Positions 29,733 to 40,786 of a stretch of DNA of 64,000 nucleotides are shown piece by piece. Source of the stretch: Candidatus Eremiobacteria bacterium. Its GTDB lineage: Bacteria; Vulcanimicrobiota; Vulcanimicrobiia; Vulcanimicrobiales; Vulcanimicrobiaceae. A model generated the notes under the pieces. It saw nothing but the letters and a program-made list of their open reading frames with translations, did no database searches and was not told the origin of the DNA. The translations under genes were made by a program, and so were the position numbers. The stretch is taken from the NCBI GenBank assembly GCA_963758295.1, contig CAVWUU010000004.1, positions 640,001 to 704,000 of the forward strand. The letters are read 5' to 3'. Every line of letters begins with the position of its first letter. Within the stretch, counting starts at the first letter, position 1.

Positions 29733-31569
29733 ATGACGAGGAATCGTTTTTGGTCTTTCCGGTCGGTCCCAGCCCTCGTTGCAGCCGCGCTTCTTGTAAG
29801 CGCCTGCAGCGGTGGAGCGGGTGGTTCTCATAGCGCCCTTCCCCAAACGCAACTCTCCAATGCTCCCGGCGCCACTGGAATGGCGATTCGGTCGGCCGAG
29901 GCTCGCCGCGAGGGAGCCGACACGAAGGGCCGCGATTCGACGATGTCCGTGCGCGCCTTAGCGGTGACGCCGTCGAACACGACGTCGGCCGAGCCGCCCG
30001 TTACGCGTCCGCACGAGACGCCGTGCACCGTTCAGTTATTTTCGAATTTTCAATTCACGAACTTCAACTATCCGCAGTTCCAGTACGCGCCGCCGGCAAA
30101 CTGTCCGGGCCCCTGGGCAAAAGTCGTTCTGAGCGCTGACTTTGCAGTCACCGCCGGACGTCAATTCGACCGCACCGGTTCCATCTGGATCGGCGGAACA
30201 AACGTCTACTTCGGAACGACGGCCGAGCCGTCGGCGAATCTTGGCCCGACATGGCACGTCGAGCGCGATCTGACGGATCTTACTTCCCTGCTCGAACGGT
30301 CTTCCACGGGCGAAGTCGTGCTCGGCAACATCGTCGACAGCACGTACACCGGCGTCATCTCGGCCAGCGCAACGTTGGAATTCTATCCGGCGTCAGCAAG
30401 TTATCCGGCCGCGAATGCGCCGGACAACGTCTATCCGCTTTCCGGTGGACCGCTCGGCGACAACCAGTACATCAGCTCGCAAAATCAACCGCTGACCGCA
30501 ACGTACACGTTCCCGCAAAATGTGCGCGCAGCGTACCTCGACGTGTTCTTGCAATCGCAAATCGGCGATGAGTTCTGGTATACGTGCTTCCCGAACGATC
30601 TAGCCGCGAAGCTGAACAACTGCGGCAATACCGCGTTCCGCGAGGGCGACGTCGCCATCGACGGCAAGCCGGCCGGCGTTGCGCCGATCTATCCGTGGAT
30701 TTACACGGGTGGTATCGATCCGTATCTATGGCGGCCGATTCCGGGCATCGAAACGTTGAACTTCAAACCGTATCGCGTGAATCTCACGCCGTTCGCAGGC
30801 ATTCTGAGCGACGGCAACCCCCATACGGTTACGGTCAACGTCTTCAACAACGGAAACTACTTCGCTGCAAACGGCACCCTGTACGTGTATCTCGATCATG
30901 GCTCGAAACAGGTTACGGGCGGCCTGATCAGCGACTCTACGACGCTGTATCCGACACCGGTCGTTACCGAAGGTGTGGTCTTCGACAAGAGCGGCAACGC
31001 AAAGGGACCGATCGGCGTGAGTTCAACGCATACGGTTGCGATCGACGGCTACGTGAACACGTCTGCCGGCCGCGTGGAGACGCAGATCAATCAAACGATC
31101 CGCTTCTCCAACAATCAGCAGGTCGTATCGACGTCATCGGCGTTCGACCAAAACATCAAGCAAGATACGACCGTAACGTCGACCACCACGACGATCTCCG
31201 GTCCGGGCGAACGCGTGACGGATCGCGCCCAAAAAGACTGGCCGCTTACGCTCGTGTACGACTACACGGTGAATGCGGACGGCAGTGCGGTGCAGTTTGC
31301 ATCGGTGTCGCAAGGCAAACACGAACAATTCAGCGGCCATGTAACGGGTGGCGGAAGCGCCGTTCCGTGCGTCGCTCGATGAAACGGACACGGCTCAGGA
31401 TACGCTGACGTTCCCGGCTGCGGGCGGCGACACGCCGTCTAACGGCAAGAGCGAACAAACCTATTCTGCGAACAATAGCCTCGGCTACTGTTACAACAAG
31501 GACGTTGCTTCGGTGAACTACTTGATCACCCGCAACTCCGGCGGCTTCTGCGGGGACAGCTCGCACTAG
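29733..31569 (+). CDS. Peptide-N4-(N-acetyl-beta-glucosaminyl)asparagine amidase A (PNGase A)-like lipoprotein (frameshift near 31340)
   Basis: GAGGT RBS, lipobox VSAC, GRQFDRTG, GTTAEP, W...RDLTD, QIGDEFWY, FREG.V.IDG..AG.APIYPWIYTGGIDPYLWRPI, Y..NLTPF. Continues in ORF 31348..31569. Confidence 0.85.
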
Positions 31570-31592
31570 TTCTTTTCCACGATGGATCAACG

Positions 31593-31627
31593 AAGGCTAC
31601 TCGCTTCGGCGGGTGGCCTTTTTCTTT
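31593..31627 (+). terminator. Rho-independent terminator
   Basis: AAGGCTACTCGC-TTCG-GCGGGTGGCCTT followed by TTTCTTT. Confidence 0.85.
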
Positions 31628-31757
31628 CGCAGCGGCGCCCGCCTTTTGTCTATGTAACCGGCGATCTAGACAAGCCGTGCAACCCGCGAAAAGCGCGTTG
31701 CCACCGCCGCCTCCTGCGGCTGCAATCAGTACGCGCATCGTGCGGTAACCTCTCATT

Positions 31758-31856
31758 GGTCGCTCGTTCGAATCACGGGGCGATAAAGACAAAAACGAAG
31801 CCGTTGGCTCCGTTTTTGTCTTTATGGTCGGGCTGACTGGATTCGAACCAGCGACC
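31758..31856. repeat. Long inverted repeat including an inverted copy of the tRNA-Pro 3' half
   Basis: ATAAAGACAAAAACG (31783-31797) is the perfect reverse complement of 31811-31825. GGTCGCTCGTTCGAATC (31758-31774) matches the tRNA T-arm region (31840-31856) at 16/17. Confidence 0.8.
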
Positions 31857-31902
31857 TCTTGACCCCCAGTCAAGCGCGCTAACCAAGCTGCGCTACAGCC
31901 CG
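31825..31902 (-). tRNA. tRNA-Pro(GGG)
   Basis: Minus strand CGGGCTGTAGCGCAGCTTGGTTAGCGCGCTTGACTGGGGGTCAAGAGGTCGCTGGTTCGAATCCAGTCAGCCCGACCA: cloverleaf, anticodon GGG, encoded CCA, TATACT -10 box upstream. Confidence 0.96.
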
Positions 31903-31975
31903 ATACCGGACGGTAGTATAACAGGCAGACGAGAGGCTCGCAATTACTCTAGAGCCTGCCGCCCGCAAGTACTTT

Positions 31976-32332
31976 CTAACGGCGGCCGCTTTTTTTGGCG
32001 CCGCCCTTTTTGGCTGCCGATTTTTTGGCACTGGACTTCGCGCTCGTCGAGCGTCCGCCCACCGCATCTTTCAACGATTTGCCGGCAACGAACGCAGGCA
32101 CTTTGCGCGCTGCGATTTTTATCTTCTCGCCGGTTTTCGGATTGCGGCCTTCGCGCGCTTTACGAGAACGTACGACGAAACTTCCAAACGGGGTGAGCGC
32201 AACGCGATCGCCCTTTTGTAACGCCGTCTTGATCTCGCTCAGGATCAAGTCGACGACTTGGCCGGCCTGGCGCTTAGAGAGCTCCACTTCGGCGGCTACG
32301 GCATCAACCAAATCGGCTTTCGTCAAACTCAA
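31976..32332 (-). CDS. hup: HU DNA-binding protein with Lys/Ala/Ser-rich C-terminal tail
   Basis: TKADLV...GDRV.LTPFGSF....RKAREGRNPKTGE.IKI.ARKVPAFVAGKSLKDAV; AGGAG RBS with TTG start. Confidence 0.93.
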   Translation of the reverse strand: MSLTKADLVDAVAAEVELSKRQAGQVVDLILSEIKTALQKGDRVALTPFGSFVVRSRKAREGRNPKTGEKIKIAARKVPAFVAGKSLKDAVGGRSTSAKSSAKKSAAKKGGAKKSGRR

Positions 32333-32450
32333 TTTCTCCTAGACTCGGGGCGGCATGCCGGAAGGGCAACGGGTAAAGACGCCCTCGCCGCCTGCCGGGG
32401 ATATACGGAAGCAGCGAACCTGCTCCTCCCGGCAAAATGCGGGAAAAGCG

Positions 32451-32885
32451 CTACGATTCGGGGCTTTGCGCGACCGCGCGCAGCGCCAGCGCGTAAGATC
32501 GAGCACCGAAGCCGGAGATGGTGCCCCGGCAGGCCGCTGCCGTTACACTCGTGCGTCGAAACGACTCGCGGGCCGAGATATTAGAGAGGTGCACTTCGAT
32601 TACCGGGATAGCGATCGAACCAATAGCATCCGCGATTGCGAAGGAATAATGCGAGTAGGCGCCCGGATTTATAACGATCGCGTCATACTGCGTTCGAGCA
32701 TCTTGAATCGCTGTTACGATCGAGCCTTCGTCGTTGAATTGACTCGTGGCAACTTCCATGCCGAGCTCGCGCGCGGTAGCTCCAATGAATTGGTCTACTT
32801 CAGCGAGCGTTTGAGTGCCGTAAATTTGCGGTTCACGCTCGCCGAGCAGATTGAGATTCGGTCCGTGTATCACGAGAACGCGCAT
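32451..32885 (-). CDS. aroQ: Type II 3-dehydroquinate dehydratase
   Basis: HGPNLNLLGEREPQIYG, INPGAYSHYS, EVHLSNI..RESFR. Confidence 0.95.
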   Translation of the reverse strand: MRVLVIHGPNLNLLGEREPQIYGTQTLAEVDQFIGATARELGMEVATSQFNDEGSIVTAIQDARTQYDAIVINPGAYSHYSFAIADAIGSIAIPVIEVHLSNISARESFRRTSVTAAACRGTISGFGARSYALALRAVAQSPES

Positions 32886-32935
32886 GCACCATCTTTCTTG
32901 AAGGAAATCGCGTGGCCTTCGCTAGAGAGCGTTCT

Positions 32936-33849
32936 ATGCCCGATATGATCATCAGCGCCTCAGCGCCCGAAGCCGGAATTGCCATCGTCGCGGCAATTAC
33001 AACCGAACTGGTGCGAGAAGTGCGCGAGCGCCACGATTTATCGCCGACCGTGACGGCTGCAACCGGGCGACTCACAACGGGCGCGGCGCTATTTGGATCG
33101 GCGCTGAAAGGCCGCGAACGCATCACGCTGCAGATTTCGGGCGACGGACCGATCGGTTCTATCGCGGCCGACGCATGGCTTCTGGAACCCGACGTCCTAG
33201 CCACGCGTGGTTACGCGCGCAATCCGTTCGTCGATATTCCGCTCAACGAACGTGGGAAATTCGACGTCGCCGGCTCTATCGGCGCCGGTTCGTTGCAAGT
33301 CACGAAATCGTATGAAGTCGGGCCAGCCCTACGTTGGCGTCGTTCCGCTGTATTCGGGCGAAGATAGCCGAAGACATCGCCGCCTATCTGGTGCAGTCCG
33401 AACAAATTCCAAGTGTCGTCGCGCTCGGGGTTTTGGCCGATCCGGAAGGCGTCCGCGCATCCGGCGGAATTCTCGCGCAAGTGTTGCCCGGCGCCGACGA
33501 AAAGGCCGTCGCCATGCTGGAAGAACGGGCGCTGGCGATGCCGCCGGTCACGACGCTGATCGATCAGGGCGCCGATGCGCACGCCCTGCTGCACGCGCTT
33601 GCAGGCCCGCTTCCGAACTCCGCGCGCATCGCAGCATGGACATTCGGTTCGCGTGCTTGTGCTCGAAAGAAAAAGTCGAGGCCGCTTTGCTTGCCATCGG
33701 GCGGCGACGAACTGCGTCGTCTAGCCGCGGAACAGAACGAGACGGAAGCAACCTGCGAATTTTGTAAGCGCGTCTACGTCTTTACGTTAGACGAAATTCT
33801 CGCGCTAGCCGGAACTGCCGAGGGTGGCTCGGCCACCGAAGACCGTTAG
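32936..33849 (+). CDS. hslO: Hsp33 redox-regulated chaperone (about 4 apparent frameshifts)
   Basis: HDLSPT.TAATGR, GDGPIG, PYVGVVPL.SGE, IAEDIAAYLVQSEQIPS, GGILAQVLPG, CLCS...CEFC Zn motif, spread over three frames with shifts near 33322, 33363, 33613 and 33700. Confidence 0.88.
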
Positions 33850-34082
33850 TCTACGTGAAAGAGACGCCGTAGTTCGGGCGGCATGCGATACGGTTCGAGC
33901 CGCTGCCAATACGCTTCACGAACGCCCGCGCCGTCGTTGTAATACCACCAGCCGCACTCGCAGCGAATCGGCCGTTCACCGGGCTGCGGATAGTTATAAA
34001 CGCGCTGGCAGCGCTTGCAGGCGTACTTGCGGCCTTCGATCGGCTGCATCGACGAGGTATACGTTACCGGAGACTGCGCCAT
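33846..34082 (-). CDS. Small zinc-ribbon-like protein
   Basis: YACKRC...IRCECGWW; lies directly downstream of tyrS on the same strand. Confidence 0.65.
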   Translation of the reverse strand: MAQSPVTYTSSMQPIEGRKYACKRCQRVYNYPQPGERPIRCECGWWYYNDGAGVREAYWQRLEPYRMPPELRRLFHVD

Positions 34083-34094
34083 GTGCTTTCTCTT

Positions 34095-35303
34095 TCAAGG
34101 AAGAACGCGGACGAATTTGCGCGACCCCACCGAGAGAACCGCCGGCTCTTTCGAGATCCACGATGCCTTGGGGTCGTTCACGACTATACCATCCACCTTC
34201 ACACCATTCCCCGAGATAAGTCGCTCGGCAGCGCGCTTGCTTTCAGCGAAGCCCGCCTTGACCAGTAAATCGGCCACGCGGGCCGCGTCGCCAAGGCGCA
34301 GCTCGGGGAGGTCTTGCGTGGGGATCTCCTTGCGCTGCACCGTCCGCTCGAAGTATTCACGGGCGGCTTGCGCTTCGTCGACGCCGTGGTACCGGGCCAC
34401 GATCGCTTCGGCAAGGCGCTTCTTTTCGTCCATCGGACTCACCGAACCCGATGCGAGCGCATCGCGAAGGTTGTCGGCATCGCGTTGCGACCGGAATGCC
34501 GCAAGGCGAGCGTACGTCGGCATCAAGTCGTCCGACATAGACATCAGTTTGCCGAATTGCGTTTGCGCGTCTTCCGCGATGCCGACGTAATTGCCGAGCG
34601 ATTTGCTCATCTTTTTTACGCCGTCAAGGCCCACAAGCAGCGGCACCGTCGCGCTGATTTGCGGCAGTTGATGGTGTTCTCGCTGGAAATGCCGGCCAAG
34701 CAGTAAGTTGAAGAGCTGGTCGCTGCCGCCGAGTTCAACGTCGGCTTCTACGGCAATCGAGTCGTAAGCTTGCGCGACGGGATATAGAAACTCGTGCAAC
34801 GAGATCGGCGCTCCGCCGGTGTAGCGGTTGTGAAAATCGTTACGTTCGAGCATCTGCGCGACCGTTACGTGAGAAACCAAGCGAACGAGATCCGAGAAGT
34901 TCATCTTGCCGAGCCACTCGGAATTATAGCGAATCTGCACGCGCTCGAGGTCGAGCACTTTGCCGGCCTGTTCGCGATACGTGCGCATGTTGCTTTCGAT
35001 TTGCTCGAGCGTCAGAGGCGGACGCATCGCATTGCGGCCGCTCGGGTCGCCGATGCGCGCGGTGAAATCGCCGATGATGAGCGTGACCTTGTGTCCCGCT
35101 TCGGCAAAACGCTGCAATTTTTCCAACACGACCATGAACCCCAGATGCAAATCGGGGCTCGTTGGATCGATACCGAGTTTAACGTTCAGCGGGCGGCCGA
35201 GCTTAAGCCGCTCGCGAAAGTCCTCGACCGTCTCGACATGATCGAACCCGTCGAGCAAATAGTCGACGTCGGAAAAATGCGCGCTCAGTTCATTGCAGTT
35301 CAA
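34095..35303 (-). CDS. tyrS: Tyrosine--tRNA ligase
   Basis: KLGIDPTSPDLHLG, GGSDQLFN, KMSKS, C-terminal S4 domain. Exact start uncertain. Confidence 0.96.
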   Translation of the reverse strand: MNCNELSAHFSDVDYLLDGFDHVETVEDFRERLKLGRPLNVKLGIDPTSPDLHLGFMVVLEKLQRFAEAGHKVTLIIGDFTARIGDPSGRNAMRPPLTLEQIESNMRTYREQAGKVLDLERVQIRYNSEWLGKMNFSDLVRLVSHVTVAQMLERNDFHNRYTGGAPISLHEFLYPVAQAYDSIAVEADVELGGSDQLFNLLLGRHFQREHHQLPQISATVPLLVGLDGVKKMSKSLGNYVGIAEDAQTQFGKLMSMSDDLMPTYARLAAFRSQRDADNLRDALASGSVSPMDEKKRLAEAIVARYHGVDEAQAAREYFERTVQRKEIPTQDLPELRLGDAARVADLLVKAGFAESKRAAERLISGNGVKVDGIVVNDPKASWISKEPAVLSVGSRKFVRVLP

Positions 35304-37672
35304 TTATCGTCACGCCGCCGGAGCCCTCGTCTTCGTGGCCGTAGCGAACGCTTTTTACGGCGGGATGGGTCCGTAAAAATTCTTGCAAGCCCCGTCCCAG
35401 CATCCCAGTGCCTTTTCCGTGGATTAGACGAAGCGGTGTATTGCCCGCAAGCATGGCCTCGTCGAGCCAACGATCGACGACGGGTTCGGCCTCAATGTAG
35501 CGTTTGCCGCGAACGTCCAGCTCGCCCATGGTGCGCGAAGCCGCCTGCATCTTCGCGTCTCCTTCGGCGGCCCGATCGCGCGAAGCTCGCCGTTGCGAAC
35601 GCGCATCGCGCTTCTCGGCAACGTTGCGCGCTCGGCGTTCCAGGTCAGCTTTCTTTACGACCGTCTTCATCGGTCCGATTGCGACTTGGACCGTATCGCC
35701 GTAATCTTCGACCACCGTACCGTCTTGCCGCAAAGAAATTATGCGGACGCGATCGCCCGGCTGCAGAGCGCCGTCCTCGACGGGCGTTTCGACCCCGCGA
35801 TCGCTTGATGCCAAGATCGCGGCGCATCTCCTGAAGCGTTTTCGAGAGCAGTTCGCTTTGTGCGTTAGTGACGCGCGGACGCGCTGCATTCGCGGCCGCG
35901 CGGCGCTGCAACTCGTGCGTGAACTCGCGAAGGCCTTGCTGCATCCGTTCCTCAGCGCGATCGGCGAATGACCGGCGCTCCACGTCCAAGCGTTCGCGCT
36001 GCTCGCGCAACGATTCGCGTTCCCCTTCGGCGGCACGGCGTTCGCGCGTCAATGCCTCACGTTCGGTTTGCATTTCGGCGGCGCGCAGCGACAATTCGTT
36101 CAACGCGGATTCGTAATCGCGTTCGCGCGTGTCGAGCAATGCTTGAGCACGGTCGACGATTTCGTGCGGGATGCCGAGCGCGTTGGCGAGCGGAAACGCG
36201 AGCGATTGGCCGGGCGCGCCGACGTCGAGTTGATACGTAGGCCGGAAGCTTTGCGGGTCGAAGCGTACGCTGGCATTTGCCACGGCGGGCGTCGCGTGAC
36301 GCGAAGAGCTTGAGTTCCGTCGCATGCGTCGTGACGACGCCGCAGGCACGCAATTCCAGCAAACGCTCGAGCATGGCGATGGCGAGAGCCGCGCCGGCCG
36401 TCGGTTCCGTGCCGCCGCCGATTTCATCGACGAGGACGAGCGTATGCGCGTCGGCGCGGTCGTAGCATTTCGCGCATGCGCTGCAAATGCGCCGAAAACG
36501 TCGACGCGTTGCCCACAATAGACTGCTCGTCGCCGATATCGGCGACGACGCAAGTGAACCGCCCGATTCGCGTGCCGGTGGAAGCCGGAATCTGCATGCC
36601 GCAATAGGTCATGCACACGAACAAGCCGACCAGCTTGAGCGCCACGGTTTTGCCGCCCATGTTCGGCCCGCTGATCACGAGCAGCCGCGTGCCGCCGTCG
36701 AGCGGAATGCGTCTGTGGAACGGCGCGATCTGCCAGCAACGGATGGCGTCCGCGCTCGATGTGGGCGATCGCCTCATCGCTCAATTCGGGCTCTATGGCG
36801 TCCATTGCGCGAGCGACTTGGGCCTTCGCAACGAGCAAATCGATCGCGGCCAGCATGTCGACGTTGCGCTCGACGGCATCGGCTTGCGCGCCGACCGCGC
36901 GCGAAAGTTCCTCGAGCACGCGCTGCACTTCGCGTTCTTCGTCCAACCGCAGCGTGCGCACGCGATTGTTCGTCTCCAAGGCAGCCAACGGTTCGACGAA
37001 AAGCGTCTGCCCCGAAGAACTTGTGTCGTGCACGATTCCCGGGAATTCGCCGGAGAACTCGGCCTTGATCGGGATCACGTAGCGGCCGTCACGAATTGTT
37101 ACGACGGCATCTTGAATGGCGTTGGCGTACTTACTGGAGCGCACCATTGTCGAAACGCGATCGCGTGCATCGTTCTGCGCGTGCACCAAACTCTTGCGAA
37201 TTCGGGCAAGCGCCGGCGACGCGCGGTCCATCACGGTTCCGCGTTCGTCGATCGCGTCCACGAGCGAACGCTGCAAGTCCCGCAGCGGCGTATACGTTGC
37301 CGTAATCGCCGCGAGCGCTTCTTGCTTTTCTTCGCGCAAGGCGTTGTAGGCGGCAGCCGCAGCAGAAATCGCATCGGCGACGGCGCGCAGATCGGTCGAG
37401 CCGAGCGTTCGTCCGACGGACGCGGCTTGGGTCAGGCCGGCGGTATCGACGGCGGGCAAAACGTGAAGGTCGGCGGAGGCGACCAGCTGCCGCACGGCCG
37501 ACGTGCGCTGTTGCTCGATACGCACACCGGCGAAGTCAAGAGACGGAAGCAGCTCCGCCGCACGGGCCCGGCCGCGTTGCGTACGCGTTGCGCCGATGAC
37601 GCGCTCCCGCACGCTTGCGAAATCAAGAGCGTCGAGAGTTCTGTCGTCGGCTAGCTGATCGTTGAGGTCCAT
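35290..37672 (-). CDS. mutS2: Endonuclease MutS2 (several apparent frameshifts)
   Basis: GIVHDTSSSGQTLFVEP, ISGPNMGGKT, DIGDEQSI...STFSAH, LVDEIGGGTEP, TTHATELK, C-terminal Smr domain (LDVRG...IHGKGTG.L). Confidence 0.92.
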
Positions 37673-37686
37673 GCGGGCGGTGCCGG

Positions 37687-37720
37687 TATGCACCTGTCCT
37701 TCGACAAGCTCAGGATGACG
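37687..37720. repeat. REP-like palindromic element, copy 1
   Basis: TATGCACCTGTCCTTCGACAAGCTCAGGATGACG, 33/34 identical to 47955-47988. Confidence 0.85.
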
Positions 37721-37797
37721 ATGGGTTCGTCGAGATTCTGTTTCACCAGTTGGTTCGCGGGCGGATTCCGTAGCGATGCGGCGTCATGGTGACGAGG

Positions 37798-39288
37798 TTA
37801 TCCGTCGAGTTTCTGTTTCATGAGCCGATTGACGAGTTGCGGATCGGCTTTGCCTTTGCTCGCCTTCATAACTTGACCCACGAGGAAGCCCATGATATTC
37901 GTTTTTCCCGACTTATAGTCCGCAACGCTCTTCTCGTTCCCGGCGAGGACTTCGTCAACGAATTTTTCAACGGCCGCCGGATCGGACGTCTGGGCAAGGC
38001 CTTCTTTCTCAACGATCGCCTTCGGCGAGCCGTCGCCATCCCACATCCGCTGCACGAGTTCTTTGGCAATCTTCGAGTTGACGGTCTTGGCTTCGACGAG
38101 TACGATCAGCTCCGCCACGTGAGCGGGCGTGACGCGCGATTCGTACACCGCAATTCCGGTTTCGTTGGCAAGACGCGAAAGGTCGCCAAGCACGAAGTTC
38201 GTCGACTGTTGCGGATGTTTGCTTGCTGCAACCACTTCATCGAAGTACTGCGCCAACGCGACGTTGTCGATCAGCTGTGTCGCCTGTTTGACGTTGAGCC
38301 CATACTCTTTGGTGTAACGTTCGAACCGCTGCCACGGTAACTGCGGCAATTCCGCGCGAAAGCGCTCGACTAGGCCGCGATCCACTTCCAACGGCACGAG
38401 ATCCGGATCTGGAAAGTAACGATAGTCGTGAGCCTGTTCTTTGCTGCGCATCGAATGCGTGGTGCCTTTGATTTCGTCCCAGCCGCGCGTCTCTTGAACG
38501 ATCCGCTCGCTGCTTTCGACGAGAGAAATCTGCCGATCGATCTCGCTCTCGATCGCGCGATAAACGGAGCGGAACGAGTTCATGTTTTTGATTTCGGTCT
38601 TCGTGCCGAGCTCGGTCGAGCCCACCGGGCGAATCGACACGTTGGCATCGCACCGGAGCGAGCCTTCTTCCATCTTCACGTCGCTAACGCCGAGCGTGAG
38701 CAACGTGCGGCGAAGCGCTTCGAGGTAGCCTACGGCGTCCTCGGCGCTATGAATCTCCGGCTCGCCTACGCATTCCATCAGCGGAACGCCGGCGCGATTG
38801 AAGTCGACTAGCGAATAGGTGCTGCCCGCGATACGCCCGTCACCGGATCCCGCGTGCGTCGATTTTCCGGTATCTTCTTCCAGATGGATGCGTGTGAGGC
38901 GGCATTCTTTCGTCGTGCCGTCCTCGAGCCAGTACCGAACCGAGCCGCCTTGCGTCAGGGGCATGTCGTATTGCGAAATTTGGTAATCTTTCGGCATGTC
39001 CGGATAGAAGTAGTTCTTCCGGTCGAATTTGGAAAACGCGGGAATTTCGGCATTGAACGCGAGCCCGGCGCGAATCATGTGTTCGATTGCGGCCCGATTG
39101 GCAACGGGTAACGCGCCCGGAAGCGCAAGACATACCGGACACACTTTCGTGTTCGGCTCGCCGCCGAATTCATTGGCGCAGCCGCAGAACATCTTCGTTG
39201 CCGTCTTTAGTTCGACGTGGCACTCGATGCCGATGACGGCTTCGTACTTGGCGCGGATCTCCGGCGTGACTTTGGTCAGAGTTTCCAT
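37798..39288 (-). CDS. gatB: Asp/Glu-tRNA amidotransferase subunit B
   Basis: VIGIECHVEL, FDRKNYFYPDMPK.YQISQ, RIHLEED, EGSLRCDAN, YRYFPDPDL. Confidence 0.97.
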   Translation of the reverse strand: METLTKVTPEIRAKYEAVIGIECHVELKTATKMFCGCANEFGGEPNTKVCPVCLALPGALPVANRAAIEHMIRAGLAFNAEIPAFSKFDRKNYFYPDMPKDYQISQYDMPLTQGGSVRYWLEDGTTKECRLTRIHLEEDTGKSTHAGSGDGRIAGSTYSLVDFNRAGVPLMECVGEPEIHSAEDAVGYLEALRRTLLTLGVSDVKMEEGSLRCDANVSIRPVGSTELGTKTEIKNMNSFRSVYRAIESEIDRQISLVESSERIVQETRGWDEIKGTTHSMRSKEQAHDYRYFPDPDLVPLEVDRGLVERFRAELPQLPWQRFERYTKEYGLNVKQATQLIDNVALAQYFDEVVAASKHPQQSTNFVLGDLSRLANETGIAVYESRVTPAHVAELIVLVEAKTVNSKIAKELVQRMWDGDGSPKAIVEKEGLAQTSDPAAVEKFVDEVLAGNEKSVADYKSGKTNIMGFLVGQVMKASKGKADPQLVNRLMKQKLDG

Positions 39289-39289
39289 C

Positions 39290-40778
39290 TTACGCACCCA
39301 CCGTGGCGAACACCGGCTTATGCACCAGCGCGTGCTTCGTCGACTGTTCGTATGCGTGCGCGGCCCCGAGCAGCAGACGCTCTTCGAAGATCGGCGCGCA
39401 CAACTGCAAGCCCATCGGCAACGGCCGGTTAGCCCCCGGCGGTGTCACCCAACCGCACGGCACGGAGAGCGCCGGCAATCCGGCAAGCGACATCGGAATC
39501 GTGTAGTAGTCCATCATGTACATGCTGTACGGATCGCTCTTGGCATTGAATTGAAACGCCGGGCGAGCTAGCGGCGGGACACGCGATCAGATCGCAGTCC
39601 GCGAAGGCCTTCTTGAAATCGTTCGCGATCAACGTACGAGCCTTCTGCGCGCGAACGTAGTAGGCGTCGTAGTAGCCACTCGAGAGCGCATACGTACCGA
39701 TGAGAATGCGCCGTTTCACTTCCGGGCCGAATCCGGCGGCACGCGTCTTCTCGTACATGTCGTGCACGTCGGCGCCGTCGACGCGTAACCCGTAGCGGAC
39801 GCCATCGAAGCGGGCAAGGTTCGAAGAACACTCGGCCGGCGCGATCAAATAGTAGGTTGCAAGCCCGTAGTCGGCCGCCGGCAAAGAAACCTCGACCAGG
39901 TCGGCACCAAGCGCTTTCAAATCTGCATACGCTTTTTCGTACAATGCATGCATCTCCGAGCCCAGTTGCTTCGTATCGAACTCGCGAACGAGCCCGATCT
40001 TCAATCCCTTCAGATTCGTACGCAAATGCGCCGCCGTCGGTTCGACTTCGCGATCGATCGACGTGGAATCCATGGTGTCCCAGCCGGCCATCGCATCGTA
40101 TGCGAGCGCCGCATCTTCGACCGTCCGGGTAAGCGGCCCGATTTGATCGAGACTCGACGCGAAGGCGATCAGTCCGTAGCGCGATACGCGTCCGTAGGTC
40201 GGTTTGAATCCGACGAGATTACAGAACGCGGCCGGTTCGCGAATGGAGCCGCCGGTATCGCTGCCCATGCCGATGGCTGCTTCAAACGCTGCAACGGCCG
40301 CTGCCGAGCCGCCGCTGGAACCGCCCGGAACGCGCGCAAGGTCGTATGGATTCTTCGTCACGCCGAGCGCCGAATTTTCGCACGAACTCCCCATCGCGAA
40401 TTCGTCCATGTTCGCTTTGCCGATCGGTACGCAGCCGGCTTCGAGCAAACGCTGGACGGCGGTTCCGGTGTATGGCGCATGCCAATTTTCGAGAATCTTA
40501 CTCCCACACGTGGTACGCGTACCGCTAAGGCACATATTGTCTTTTACTGCGAGTGGAACTCCGGCCAGCGCAAGACGTTCGCCCTTTTTCACTCGCTCGT
40601 CCACGCGTGACGCTGCTTGACGCGCTGCCTCGTGCAGAACCGTTAGATACGAACCAACTTCTCCGTCGACCGCATCTACGTGCGCGAGCATTGCATCGGC
40701 AACTTCAACCGCCGAAAGCCTACGTTCGTTGACTTCGCGCGCGACTTCGGCCGCGCTGCGCTCGATAATCTCTGCCAC
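39290..40778 (-). CDS. gatA: Asp/Glu-tRNA amidotransferase subunit A (frameshift near 39560)
   Basis: KDN, GKANMDEFAMGSS, GGSSGGSAA, GSDTGGSIR, SSNLARFDG, EVKRRILIG; C-terminus in ORF 39290..39523. Confidence 0.95.
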
Positions 40779-40786
40779 GGTGTCCT

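Noticed and set aside
31640..31738. Minus-strand MRVLIAAAGGGGG peptide reminiscent of a MurG-like N-terminus
   Set aside because: Similarity ends after about 13 residues and the frame runs into a terminator; no support for a gene.
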